A DNA stretch of 64,000 bases from Bacteroidota bacterium (GTDB lineage Bacteria > Bacteroidota > Ignavibacteria > Kapaibacteriales > UBA961). Shown here piece after piece: positions 31,382-42,426 of this stretch; position 1 is the stretch's first letter, and every line of letters starts with the position of its first letter. The DNA lies in assembly GCA_041191145.1 (NCBI GenBank), contig JBEEPK010000004.1:10487-74486 (forward strand), given 5' to 3'. The translations under genes and the position numbers were made by a program. Under the pieces are notes generated by a model. The model did no database searches, was not told where the DNA came from, and worked only from the letters and a program-made list of their open reading frames with translations.

Positions 31382-32440
31382 ATGATGACAGAACACTATC
31401 ATAGAAATCCACATGACAGAGAATTGAATGATCGAGAGAAATCTATTCTTCGCTCAATTGTGCAATCATATATTTTGACGGCCACACCTGTAGGCTCAAG
31501 ATTTCTTTCGAAGACTTCAGAAGAATTTACATTAAGTCCGGCTACGATTAGAAATGTAATGGCTGATTTGGAGGAAATGCAATTCATAAGTCATCCTCAC
31601 ATTTCCGCAGGGAGGGTTCCCACTGATAAAGGGTATCGGTGCTATGTTGATACTTTAATGGGTGTTCAAGCATTGCCAGAGCAGGAAAGACATGTTGTAA
31701 AAGAACAGCTCACTGCTTTGTCGCAAGAGCAGGCCCTAAAAGACGCATCAAGAATTCTAGGTGCATTGTCTCACTGTCTGGCAATTGTGGAATTACCCCA
31801 GATGTCGGATATCATCATCAAGCGAGTTCATCTATTGCCTCTTTCATCAGATCGTTTATTGATTGCAATGGAACTGGAGTCGAATATCGTTCGAACTGTC
31901 ACATTGGAAACGGATTTATCAGTGGATTCATCTGCACTTGATCAAACTGCTGAATTCATCAATAGTAGAATCAGTGGTAAATCCATACGATTTGTTCGCG
32001 AGCATCTTGTGGAAATGATGATGGAAGGAGTAAAAGGTCATCATACTTTACTCAGACTTTTCATCGATTCAGTTGATACTTTGCTCAATCCTCATGCGCT
32101 CAATGATGAAAAAGTTCATATTGCCGGGGCGCAACATTTATTGGAATATCCTGAATTTGATTCTCCGAATCAATTGCGAGGCGTGATAGAATTGGTTGAA
32201 AATGAGGATGTGATCATTCATTTATTGGATCAAAGAGAGGAAAAAATTGATAATTCCGTGCAGATAGTGATCGGAAATGAAATGAAAGAGCAAAGACTTA
32301 TAGAATATAGCATGGTAATGGGATCATACTCGATCAAAGGAGCATATGGATCTATAGGATTGATTGGTCCAAAAAGGATGAATTATGCCAAGATGGTATC
32401 ATTGGTCAAATATATGGGGCAAGTATTGTCTCATGGCTGA
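31382..32440 (+). CDS. hrcA: heat-inducible transcription repressor HrcA
   Basis: N-terminal winged-helix region LNDREKSILRSIVQSYILTATPVGSRFLSK is typical of HrcA. 352 aa. Confidence 0.85.
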   Translation: MMTEHYHRNPHDRELNDREKSILRSIVQSYILTATPVGSRFLSKTSEEFTLSPATIRNVMADLEEMQFISHPHISAGRVPTDKGYRCYVDTLMGVQALPEQERHVVKEQLTALSQEQALKDASRILGALSHCLAIVELPQMSDIIIKRVHLLPLSSDRLLIAMELESNIVRTVTLETDLSVDSSALDQTAEFINSRISGKSIRFVREHLVEMMMEGVKGHHTLLRLFIDSVDTLLNPHALNDEKVHIAGAQHLLEYPEFDSPNQLRGVIELVENEDVIIHLLDQREEKIDNSVQIVIGNEMKEQRLIEYSMVMGSYSIKGAYGSIGLIGPKRMNYAKMVSLVKYMGQVLSHG

Positions 32441-32520
32441 TGAGTTTGGTTTTTTGCGGTGAGAGAAGGCGGAAATTTTACTATTTTTGCGGTTGATTCA
32501 GTTATTTCAATGAGATTACA

Positions 32521-33033
32521 GTGAATATTCAAGTAGTTCTCTTTTCATTGCTTGCAGTGATAGCCATTGCAACGGGAATTTTGCTCGTAACAAGACGCAA
32601 TCCTGTTTCTGCAGCAGTTTCCCTTATCATGCATTTCTTTGCTCTTGCGGGATTATATCTCACTTTGCAAGCTCAATTTATTGCCGCTGTGCAAATTTTG
32701 GTATATGCAGGTGCCATCATGGTGCTGGTTGTTTTCGTGATTATGCTTCTTAACCTTGGTAAAGAAGATACGCTTCAGGAAAAATTCAATCCACGAACTG
32801 CTCTTGCAATTGCCATGTCATCCGCACTCATCATGCAGATGTTGCTTGCATTTTTGAGTGCGCCAACCGGTTTCAATGAGATCGCCCCTTCAGCAGAAAA
32901 AATTGGATCCCCCGCGGAAATTGGAAATGTATTATTCTCAGGATATATTTTCCCATTTGAAGCTATTTCATTGTTATTGCTTGCTGCGGTAATGGGATCA
33001 ATCATATTGGCTAAGCGAAATATAGAAGACTAA
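32521..33033 (+). CDS. nuoJ: NADH-quinone oxidoreductase subunit J
   Basis: GTG start. IVYAGAIMVLVVFVIMLLNLG closely matches the E. coli NuoJ core. Confidence 0.8.
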   Translation: MNIQVVLFSLLAVIAIATGILLVTRRNPVSAAVSLIMHFFALAGLYLTLQAQFIAAVQILVYAGAIMVLVVFVIMLLNLGKEDTLQEKFNPRTALAIAMSSALIMQMLLAFLSAPTGFNEIAPSAEKIGSPAEIGNVLFSGYIFPFEAISLLLLAAVMGSIILAKRNIED

Positions 33034-33065
33034 TCATTACATTGAAAGTCCATACAGAGTAAATC

Positions 33066-33380
33066 ATGAATCTTACTTCAATACCTTTAGAATATTATTT
33101 GGCCTTATCATCAATCATTTTTGTGATTGGTGCTGCAGGTGTCATCACCCGCAGAAACGCCATTATCATCTTTATGTGCATTGAAATGATGCTTAATGCA
33201 GTGAATCTTACATTGGTTGCTTTTTCAGCATATCTTGGAGATTCTGCCGGTCAAATGTTTGTATTTTTCGTCATGGCAGTAGCCGCTGCAGAAGCCGCAG
33301 TTGGTTTGGCCATTGTACTTGCTTTGTTCAGATCCAGACAAACAGTATATGTTGATGAAGTAAATCTCATGAAGTGGTGA
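33066..33380 (+). CDS. nuoK: NADH-quinone oxidoreductase subunit K
   Basis: 104 aa, 3 TM helices; ...[17 protein letters not shown] matches the NuoK signature. Confidence 0.8.
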   Translation: MNLTSIPLEYYLALSSIIFVIGAAGVITRRNAIIIFMCIEMMLNAVNLTLVAFSAYLGDSAGQMFVFFVMAVAAAEAAVGLAIVLALFRSRQTVYVDEVNLMKW

Positions 33381-33401
33381 GTTTTCAAATACTTAAGAAT
33401 T

Positions 33402-33429
33402 AAAACTTCCAATTGGAAGTTTTTTTTTG
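33402..33429. terminator. rho-independent terminator after nuoK
   Basis: Palindrome CTTCCAATTGGAAG, followed by TTTTTTTTT. Confidence 0.75.
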
Positions 33430-33684
33430 CTCTAAGGTTTAGAATTACTGCAAGAAAAATGCATTAGACTCGTCAACAAGCCCCATTGCGGAAAAATTGT
33501 TTCATGTAAGGTTCAGTCTTGACTGACTGTCTTTACAGTATCGAGTACACCACTCAACTCGATATGGAAGAGCACTCTCTTTCCCACTTTTCGCCACCCA
33601 ACGATGGCAGTGATATGCTGGATTCACCACCCGGCATATACACGGTTTCGATTGGACCGAATATGGAATAATCTTCCGCAACAA

Positions 33685-33722
33685 AAAATCCCTTCAGATA
33701 TTTCTCTGAAGGGATTTTGTTT
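33685..33722. terminator. rho-independent terminator (serves minus-strand cytochrome c/ccoG operon; T-run also on plus strand)
   Basis: Stem ATCCCTTCAGA/TCTGAAGGGAT with an A-run 5' and TTTTGTTTTT 3'. Confidence 0.7.
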
Positions 33723-33737
33723 TTCTGACTGTTTCAA

Positions 33738-34166
33738 TTACTTGCTTGCTTTTCGTACTTTCTTTACATCAGCTTCTGAAACAATTCCTCCATTGTTTCC
33801 CCAAGAATTAAGTACAAAAGTGATTACTGCCGCAGCATCCGCATTGGTGTACTTTGCAGGAAGTGGTGTCATCACATTATTGAACTTCTTTCCATTGACG
33901 GTAATAGGTCCTTTCAAACCATTGACCACATTGTCGGTAACAACTTTTGCGCCTTTGGTTTTAACATAATCAGATCCTGCAAGTGGAGGATAGACTGTTG
34001 ACAATCCTTGGCCATTTGCTTGATGACATGTTTTGCAATACTCAGTATATACAACTTGACCTCTTTTCATGAGAGCTGCTTTATCAGGGCCTGCTGCTTG
34101 CATGATATTGGAAAAAAAGAATAAACCAATAATTGCAATCGTGAATTGCATGAACGATGTTTTCAT
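33738..34166 (-). CDS. class I c-type cytochrome (monoheme), signal peptide
   Basis: CKTCH heme-binding motif. The start is placed at M11 (MKTSFMQF signal peptide). Confidence 0.75.
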   Translation of the reverse strand: MKTSFMQFTIAIIGLFFFSNIMQAAGPDKAALMKRGQVVYTEYCKTCHQANGQGLSTVYPPLAGSDYVKTKGAKVVTDNVVNGLKGPITVNGKKFNNVMTPLPAKYTNADAAAVITFVLNSWGNNGGIVSEADVKKVRKASK

Positions 34167-34200
34167 CGTATTCCTCTGTTTATAAATGTGAAACATATTA

Positions 34201-34938
34201 TCAATGTTTGGGTGTACAACAATTATGCTCTTGATGTATATTCAAATGAGCTCCTGTACTTGGGATTTGATCCGGAAGAATTGGACTTATCATCGGAATG
34301 CCCAGTGAGAGACCGCGCAAAATGAATATCACTGCAATGATTGCTGTTCCTATCGGCAATGCTTTCTGTACATAACGTTGAAAAGTTTGATTCTTGAAGG
34401 AGGATAAACTTCCTACAAAGAGCAAAGATGGAATCGTACCTATTCCAAACATCAACATCCATAATGCACTTCCTGAAATGGAGCCGGCATTGAGCGATCC
34501 AAGAAATGCGGCATATAAAAATCCACATGGGAGAAGGCCGTTTATCATGCCAAGTAAACAATCACCTTTGACGGATCTTTCTTTCCAATAAGATTGTGTT
34601 TTTTGCTGAATGACGGAATAAAATGTTCCGAAGGAGCGTAGAATTGGTAATCTGGAGATCAATCTTGATGGTACAACAATCATGAGTAGCATCAAAATTC
34701 CGGCAATGATAGAAATTGCTTCTTGCGATGTCGCCAATCGCATAGCGCCACCGGAAAATCCAATAAGAATGCCGATGAATGAGTATATGCTAATTCTTCC
34801 TGCATGATAGAAAAGTTTTGAAAGAAGTGGTCTTTTGCCATGAAGTACAAGCACAATTGGTCCGCACATTCCCATGCAATGCAAGCTACCGAGTAAACCC
34901 ATTGTCAATGCTGTTATATACAACACTTCACTTGTCAT
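34201..34938 (-). CDS. DsbD_2/UreH-like (TauE/SafE-like) transmembrane protein with HCMGMCGP motif; likely cbb3 oxidase assembly factor
   Basis: Polytopic membrane protein with the N-terminal LHCMGMCGPI motif. It sits in the operon with fixH and ccoG. Confidence 0.55.
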   Translation of the reverse strand: MTSEVLYITALTMGLLGSLHCMGMCGPIVLVLHGKRPLLSKLFYHAGRISIYSFIGILIGFSGGAMRLATSQEAISIIAGILMLLMIVVPSRLISRLPILRSFGTFYSVIQQKTQSYWKERSVKGDCLLGMINGLLPCGFLYAAFLGSLNAGSISGSALWMLMFGIGTIPSLLFVGSLSSFKNQTFQRYVQKALPIGTAIIAVIFILRGLSLGIPMISPILPDQIPSTGAHLNIHQEHNCCTPKH

Positions 34939-35375
34939 TTTGTAAATCTCTGCTCTGCATAAAATGTCGTATTATCTGATTTCCATTCTATTTTAGCAAT
35001 CCATAATCCTGATTGCAATGTTGCAATGGAAAATGTTTGCTCTGTACTTCCACCCGCTATCTTGATTTCTTTGTCTAAGTCGGATTCCGAAGGACGATAG
35101 AGATGAATCACTCCGCTTTCCGGAGTATTCGGAAATTGTATGGAAAGTAAGTCACCATTATTTGTCACCGATAAGACTTTTGATAATATCATTGTGTTTT
35201 TTTCAGCCAACATTTTTGCATCATACTTCAATTCATCTGCATAATATTGTTTGCTCACGAGATCCACTTTTTGCGTGAAGGAGAATATCATGAAGCCGAT
35301 TGTTGCCAAAGCAAAAGTCGTATAAATAAGTGCAATGCGCCATCCCCAATGGAATCTTGATTGTTTCTTTTCCAT
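34935..35375 (-). CDS. FixH/CcoH family protein
   Basis: Single N-terminal TM plus a periplasmic domain. Position and size (146 aa) match FixH. ATGA overlap with the downstream gene. Confidence 0.65.
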   Translation of the reverse strand: MEKKQSRFHWGWRIALIYTTFALATIGFMIFSFTQKVDLVSKQYYADELKYDAKMLAEKNTMILSKVLSVTNNGDLLSIQFPNTPESGVIHLYRPSESDLDKEIKIAGGSTEQTFSIATLQSGLWIAKIEWKSDNTTFYAEQRFTK

Positions 35376-35385
35376 GATATCTCCT

Positions 35386-36807
35386 TTATGGTGCTATGAA
35401 AGCACTTTGAACTGTTTCTATAATTTTGCCATTCGAATAAATACCGAATTGAATCATTGTTTTTCCTGATACAGCCGAATTCTTCGGAATGGAAACGAGC
35501 ATTCTACTTTCAAGAGTGGCGAACTCTTTAACAGGAGTGAATGAACCTAATGGCTTCATTGATACATTTTTTGGGGACAATATCTTGATCTTTATATCCT
35601 TGTCACCAAATGTTTTATTCGTGATCATCACATTGAAGAAGTTGCCAATGGCATCATTTCCCTGTTTAACAAAAGTTGTTCCTGGTTGTCGTAAAATCAA
35701 AGTTTCGGTTTCTGTTCTTTTTGAAAACATATATCCAAGGATGGTAAGAAGTATGACCCATACTGCAAGATATGATTTGATTCTTGCGGTGAAAATATTT
35801 GCTGTTCCATTCTTCACGGCCTCCCAGGAAGTATATCTGATGAGTCCTTTGGGCTTATTGATTTTTTTCATGACATGGTCGCAAGCGTCAATGCAAGCGG
35901 TGCAGTTCACGCATTCAAGCTGTATGCCATTTCTGATGTCTATGCCCGTTGGACAAACCACCACGCATTGATGACAATCTATGCAATCACCTGAATTGAT
36001 TTGTGCATGTTCTGATTTCCTATTTTTTTGTTTTCCTCTTGGTTCTCCACGCAAGAAATCATAAGTCACGGCAATGGTGTTTTTGTCAACCAATACTGAT
36101 TGATATCTGCCATATGGACATGCAATCAGGCATGCTTGCTCTCTGAATCTTGCAAATACTGCATAAAACACAAAGCTAAATAATGTGATGATACCAAGTC
36201 CGGCAAGATGATTCATCGGATCATCAAGTTGAATGTTTAAGAGTGCATCTCTTCCGATGATATATGCCAGAAAGGTATTTGCGATAGCGAATGAAATCCC
36301 AAAAAATATCAGATGTTTTATGCTCTTTTTTACCAACTTATTTGAGGACCAAGGTCCTGCATTAAGCGTTGCTTGCTCTTTTGGAGATCCCTCGATGAAC
36401 CATTCGATTCTTCTAAAGATCATTTCGAGGAAAATGGTTTGAGGACATATCCAACCACACCAAATCCTACCGGCGATTGCTGTGAAGAGAGCAACAGATA
36501 CTAGAGATGACAAAGCAAGCAGTACGACTAAATGAAAATCTTGTGGCATGAACGGAATGCCAAAGACGATGAACATTCTTTCGGGAAGATTGAGCAACAT
36601 GAATGGATGACCATTCACATAAATATGAGGTCCTGCAAAGAGAAAAATCAGTAGTATAGAGGCAACTACCGTACGCGCTGTATAATAGCGTCCTTTGGGT
36701 TGTCGGGCATAAATCCACTTTCGGGAGCCATCGCGATCAATGCTGGCAAGCTCATTCCGAAAATTCTCAACATCCTCAACAGGGACATCAATTATGGACA
36801 TATTCAA
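35386..36807 (-). CDS. ccoG: cytochrome c oxidase accessory protein CcoG/FixG (membrane 4Fe-4S ferredoxin)
   Basis: Two ferredoxin-type Cys clusters (CIDCHQCVVVCP, CVNCTACIDACD) between TM segments. Confidence 0.85.
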   Translation of the reverse strand: MNMSIIDVPVEDVENFRNELASIDRDGSRKWIYARQPKGRYYTARTVVASILLIFLFAGPHIYVNGHPFMLLNLPERMFIVFGIPFMPQDFHLVVLLALSSLVSVALFTAIAGRIWCGWICPQTIFLEMIFRRIEWFIEGSPKEQATLNAGPWSSNKLVKKSIKHLIFFGISFAIANTFLAYIIGRDALLNIQLDDPMNHLAGLGIITLFSFVFYAVFARFREQACLIACPYGRYQSVLVDKNTIAVTYDFLRGEPRGKQKNRKSEHAQINSGDCIDCHQCVVVCPTGIDIRNGIQLECVNCTACIDACDHVMKKINKPKGLIRYTSWEAVKNGTANIFTARIKSYLAVWVILLTILGYMFSKRTETETLILRQPGTTFVKQGNDAIGNFFNVMITNKTFGDKDIKIKILSPKNVSMKPLGSFTPVKEFATLESRMLVSIPKNSAVSGKTMIQFGIYSNGKIIETVQSAFIAP

Positions 36808-36919
36808 TCCCTCCCAGAATCAGAATATGGTAATGAACAAAGTATCCAATTCAAAATTCCTTGGTTTTGGTCACTCTAACAATGATTTTTGTCATACCAA
36901 ATGAATTACCGGATATTCA

Positions 36920-38191
36920 ATGCAACATTCTCTTTTTACATTATTGCTCTCCGAATCTGAAGGAATATCAGATTCCTTATATCCTTTTTCCATCATGCAT
37001 TCTTCATGGGAATTACGATATGGTGGCCGCAGGATTTTTGAAGCATATAGAGATTCATTGCCTGAATTCTCCATTCGTTTTGCTGGAAGGGATATTCAAA
37101 AGAGATCCTTTTTGGAACAAGAAGGGATTGCCACTGAGGTATTATCGGGACAATCTGCTCCACTCATGATCCTTCGCGCTGAAATTGCACCCAATACACA
37201 TACAGTAACAATATTGCGAAGAATGGCAATTGATGGTGGTCAGTCTTTTGTCATAAAAGACGGAGAGAATATCATTGGTGTCTATCTTGTGAACGATGCC
37301 GAATTGTCTGAAGTGAATCTTCATGCACCCACTTTCGAACAAATTATAGTAAATATCCGACTTGATCTTTTACCAATAACTACAATCGAAACCGAGAGTT
37401 TGCATCATCAATGGAATGCCATGATGATGGCTCCAAAAGCCATTACAGAATCATTCGGATTTTTCTCGAAGCAATTGAAGGAGTCTCTTCCGGGACATGT
37501 GTTCGCATTGAATGTCGATCGTATTTTGACCGGAAGAAATTGCGAATTTGCTCCAGGGATAGTGCTGGACGCAAGTAAAGGGCCGATCATCATAGAATCC
37601 GATGTGCAGATAATGGCGCATTCATTTATTCAAGGACCATGTCATATCGGAAAGGGAAGTATCATCAAAGCAGGTGCACAAATCTACTCCGGTACAGTTA
37701 TTGGTCCACTTTGTAAAATCGGTGGGGAAGTCGAGCAAAGTATTTTTCATGGATATGCGAATAAGCAGCATCAGGGCTTTGTGGGCCATTCCTATTGTGG
37801 AGAATGGGTGAATCTCGGAGCCATGACAACAACTTCTGATCTGAAGAATACATATGGGGAAATTGATGTGTTTTTGCGTGGTAAAAGAGTACAAACCGGA
37901 CTGAGATTTCTAGGAGCTCTTATAGGAGATCATTCAAAAACAGCAATTGGGACATGTCTTTCCACAGGAACGGTGATTGGAATCAACTCCTCCATTCATG
38001 ATATAGGAGTCTTTCCACCAAAGGAAATTCCTTCATTTAGTTGGGGTACAAAGGATTCAAATGATACTATCAAAGTGATCTATGAATTGGACAAAGCTCT
38101 TACCATTGCCGATATTGTCATGAATCGAAGAGAGAAAACGATTACAAATTCTCAAAAACAGTTATTCAAACAAGAATTCGACAAAATCTAA
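36920..38191 (+). CDS. putative sugar nucleotidyltransferase-like protein with C-terminal left-handed beta-helix (hexapeptide repeats)
   Basis: C-terminal hexapeptide-repeat region (IIESDVQI.., IGKGSIIKAGAQI, IGPLCKIGGEV) like GlmU/acyltransferase LbH. Confidence 0.6.
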   Translation: MQHSLFTLLLSESEGISDSLYPFSIMHSSWELRYGGRRIFEAYRDSLPEFSIRFAGRDIQKRSFLEQEGIATEVLSGQSAPLMILRAEIAPNTHTVTILRRMAIDGGQSFVIKDGENIIGVYLVNDAELSEVNLHAPTFEQIIVNIRLDLLPITTIETESLHHQWNAMMMAPKAITESFGFFSKQLKESLPGHVFALNVDRILTGRNCEFAPGIVLDASKGPIIIESDVQIMAHSFIQGPCHIGKGSIIKAGAQIYSGTVIGPLCKIGGEVEQSIFHGYANKQHQGFVGHSYCGEWVNLGAMTTTSDLKNTYGEIDVFLRGKRVQTGLRFLGALIGDHSKTAIGTCLSTGTVIGINSSIHDIGVFPPKEIPSFSWGTKDSNDTIKVIYELDKALTIADIVMNRREKTITNSQKQLFKQEFDKI

Positions 38192-38377
38192 GAGAAATCT
38201 TCAAAGTAAGACCAAAATCTGGGTTTTTGGCATACACTTTGCTTAATATTAACCAAGAATCTGGTTATTATTAGCCAAATGAAAATTGTATGTTGACCCC
38301 CGAGGTTTGGTGCTTCCCTTCAATGCTGCAAAACCTGAATGGTTTTTGGCATCAAACCTATCTTCCCTAAGAGCACG

Positions 38378-38420
38378 ATTCCCGTAAACGCTTCCCCTGT
38401 TTACGGGAATTGTTGTTTTT
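38378..38420 (+). terminator. rho-independent terminator (12-bp perfect stem)
   Basis: ATTCCCGTAAAC-gcttcccct-GTTTACGGGAAT, followed by tgttgttttt. Confidence 0.7.
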
Positions 38421-38423
38421 ATA

Positions 38424-38454
38424 CAAAAAAAGCCATCAAATTGATGGCTTTTTC
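38424..38454. terminator. bidirectional rho-independent terminator downstream of atpC
   Basis: AAAAAAAGCCATCAAATTGATGGCTTTTT. Confidence 0.75.
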
Positions 38455-38473
38455 ATTGTTACAAGATTGAATC

Positions 38474-38881
38474 TTATTTCGAAGCTATGCGAGCTCTATT
38501 TTCTTGAATGGAGATTGCATGCTTGATATGATCTCTTTGCTGCATTGAAGTTGTGTGTTCGAGCTGTTGTTTCAAATCAGTTAATGTTGCATTGACTGCA
38601 TCAAGATTGATTTCTGAAGCTACCTCTGCTGTTTCAACAACCACGGAGACACGATTGCCGAGAACTTCAACAAAACCGCCTTCGGTCGCATAGAGCACTT
38701 CTGAATTATCTTCATTGATAATTTTGATTGCACCGACTTCAAGTGCTGATACAATCGGGGCGTGATTGTAAAGAACTTGAAAGGGTGATTGTGCGCCCGG
38801 CAAAGAGACAGAGACGCCTGTTCCGCTATAAATAATACTTTGCGGAGTTACGATATCGATATTGAGCAAATGTTCTGACAT
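38474..38881 (-). CDS. atpC: F0F1 ATP synthase subunit epsilon
   Basis: 135 aa with an AtpC-like N-terminal beta-sandwich sequence. Confidence 0.8.
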   Translation of the reverse strand: MSEHLLNIDIVTPQSIIYSGTGVSVSLPGAQSPFQVLYNHAPIVSALEVGAIKIINEDNSEVLYATEGGFVEVLGNRVSVVVETAEVASEINLDAVNATLTDLKQQLEHTTSMQQRDHIKHAISIQENRARIASK

Positions 38882-38907
38882 ACTACTTCATTAATTAAAG
38901 AGATCAA

Positions 38908-40371
<1,464 letters not shown>

Positions 40372-40540
40372 TTACGAAACTTGCCTCATAGGACAAAGTC
40401 CTTTCAAAGTGAGTTAAGCCATCATTTCATGCAATTGTTTGGATTGGAAGTCAAAAATCCTTGTTATTTTTGTTCATTGTTCTTGTCAGAAGGCAAGAAT
40501 GATGGGAGGGTGATTATTCCCCACTATTCAGGAAGTTGAC

Positions 40541-41836
40541 ATGGAACTTCAATACAATTCAGGATTCGGCAATGAATTTGCCACTGAGGCCTTACCGGGT
40601 GCTCTTCCGATCGGACAGAATTCACCGCAAAGAAATCCGTATGATCTCTATGCAGAACAAGTGAATGGTTCTGCTTTTACAGCTCCAAGAGGCGCTAATA
40701 AACGCTCTTGGCTGTATAGAATAAGACCTTCAGTTGTTCATAAACCTTATGAAAGAATCGAAAATGGCTTGATTCGATCCACCCCTTTCGATGAAGTGGA
40801 GACAACGCCAAATCAATTACGATGGGATCCACATCCGATTCCGGAAGCTAAAGCCGATATGGTCGATGGTATCATCACCATGGCAGGTTGCGGAGACTCC
40901 GCCTCACAATCAGGCGTTGCGGTGCATATTTATGCCATTAATTCTTCGATGGAAAATAAATATTTCTACAATGCTGATGGTGAGATGCTGTTTATTCCTC
41001 AGCATGGTGCACTATTGTTCCGTACAGAACTTGGTAAAATTCATGTATCCCCCGGAGAAATTTGCGTGATTCCTCGCGGGATAAAATTCGCTGTGGACCT
41101 TATGGATAGCTCAGCTAGAGGATATATTTGTGAGAATTATGGTTCGCCATTCAAATTGCCAGATCTCGGTCCAATTGGTGCGAATGGTTTAGCAAATCCA
41201 CGAGATTTTCAATATCCCATTGCATCATATGAGCAAGTTGACGGAGAATTTCATGTGATTTCCAAATTCATGGGAAATCTCTGGCAAGCTGAATTGCGTC
41301 ATTCTCCTCTAGATGTTGTTGCATGGCATGGTAATTATGCTCCATACAAATATGATTTGGCGCATTTCAATTGCATCAATACCGTCACTTTTGATCATCC
41401 CGATCCATCTATCTATACAGTTCTCACATCTGCATCTGATACTCCGGGAACAGCTAATGCTGATTTCGTGGTTTTTCCACCAAGGTGGATGGTTGCAGAG
41501 CATACATTCAGACCACCCTGGTTCCATAGAAATTTCATGAATGAGTATATGGGATTGATTTCCGGTGCTTATGATGCTAAAGAAGGTGGATTTGTGCCTG
41601 GTGGAAGCTCATTGCACAATTGTATGTCAGGTCATGGACCCGATGCCGCCACATATGAAAAAGCGGTTAATGCAACTTTGGAACCTCATTATTTGAATAA
41701 TGGATTTGCATTCATGGTAGAAACTCGATTTGTGAATCGTCCAACCAAATATGCAATGGAAACAGGTGAATTACAGAGAGATTATTTTGAATGCTGGCAA
41801 GGATTGAAGCCACTGTTCAATCCAAATAAGCGATAA
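40541..41836 (+). CDS. hmgA: homogentisate 1,2-dioxygenase
   Basis: 431 aa; the N-terminus ([24 protein letters not shown]) is a characteristic HGD sequence. Confidence 0.85.
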   Translation: MELQYNSGFGNEFATEALPGALPIGQNSPQRNPYDLYAEQVNGSAFTAPRGANKRSWLYRIRPSVVHKPYERIENGLIRSTPFDEVETTPNQLRWDPHPIPEAKADMVDGIITMAGCGDSASQSGVAVHIYAINSSMENKYFYNADGEMLFIPQHGALLFRTELGKIHVSPGEICVIPRGIKFAVDLMDSSARGYICENYGSPFKLPDLGPIGANGLANPRDFQYPIASYEQVDGEFHVISKFMGNLWQAELRHSPLDVVAWHGNYAPYKYDLAHFNCINTVTFDHPDPSIYTVLTSASDTPGTANADFVVFPPRWMVAEHTFRPPWFHRNFMNEYMGLISGAYDAKEGGFVPGGSSLHNCMSGHGPDAATYEKAVNATLEPHYLNNGFAFMVETRFVNRPTKYAMETGELQRDYFECWQGLKPLFNPNKR

Positions 41837-41858
41837 ATAATCGCTGAAATATCAGGAA

Positions 41859-41895
41859 GCCCCGACGAGTGCTATCCGTCGGGGCACTTTTTTTT
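41859..41895 (+). terminator. rho-independent terminator after hmgA
   Basis: Perfect 9-bp stem GCCCCGACG/CGTCGGGGC, followed by acTTTTTTTT. Confidence 0.8.
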
Positions 41896-41913
41896 CTTAG
41901 GCAAAGGCATATC

Positions 41914-42426
41914 ATGTCAGAGCAAAAAAACAATCGTTTTGGTTTAGACCCAATAGTTGGAATCATCATGGGGAGTGATTCAGATCTTCCAACAATGCAA
42001 GAGGCTGCATCGATATGCGAGACATTTTCGATTCCGTATGAATTGAAGGTAGTTTCTGCGCATAGAACACCGGAAGATATGGCTGAATATGGAAAAACAG
42101 CTCATATGCGTGGGATAAAAGTGATTGTAGCAGGAGCAGGCGGTGCCGCTCATTTACCCGGAATGATCGCAGCTTATTCGCCATTACCCGTGATTGGGGT
42201 GCCTGTTCAAACCAAGGCATTGGGTGGTCAAGATTCGCTATTATCCATCGTGCAAATGCCACCCGGCGTTCCGGTTGCGACAGTTGCAATTGGTGGCGGG
42301 AAAAATGCAGGCTTACTTGCTGTTCAGATTCTAAGCGCTTGTTTTCCTGAACTACTTGATGAAATGACCGTGTTTAAAGCCAAGATGGCTGAAGAATCTC
42401 GCAAAAAAAATGAACGATTAGGATAA
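41914..42426 (+). CDS. purE: N5-carboxyaminoimidazole ribonucleotide mutase
   Basis: [15 protein letters not shown]...VSAHRTP. The start is placed at M16 of the ORF (after the terminator). Confidence 0.85.
   Translation: MSEQKNNRFGLDPIVGIIMGSDSDLPTMQEAASICETFSIPYELKVVSAHRTPEDMAEYGKTAHMRGIKVIVAGAGGAAHLPGMIAAYSPLPVIGVPVQTKALGGQDSLLSIVQMPPGVPVATVAIGGGKNAGLLAVQILSACFPELLDEMTVFKAKMAEESRKKNERLG

Noticed and set aside
33502-33969. ORFs 33502-33684 (minus) and 33604-33969 (plus)
   Set aside because: The plus ORF is antisense to the cytochrome c gene, and both span terminator hairpins. Low-complexity translations. The region is treated as noncoding (candidate sRNA) instead.
38192-38290. Possible riboswitch upstream of atp or purE/ribE genes
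   Set aside because: Leaders before ribE (48 bp) and purE (terminator only) are too short. No FMN, purine or cobalamin riboswitch consensus elements were recognised anywhere in the window.
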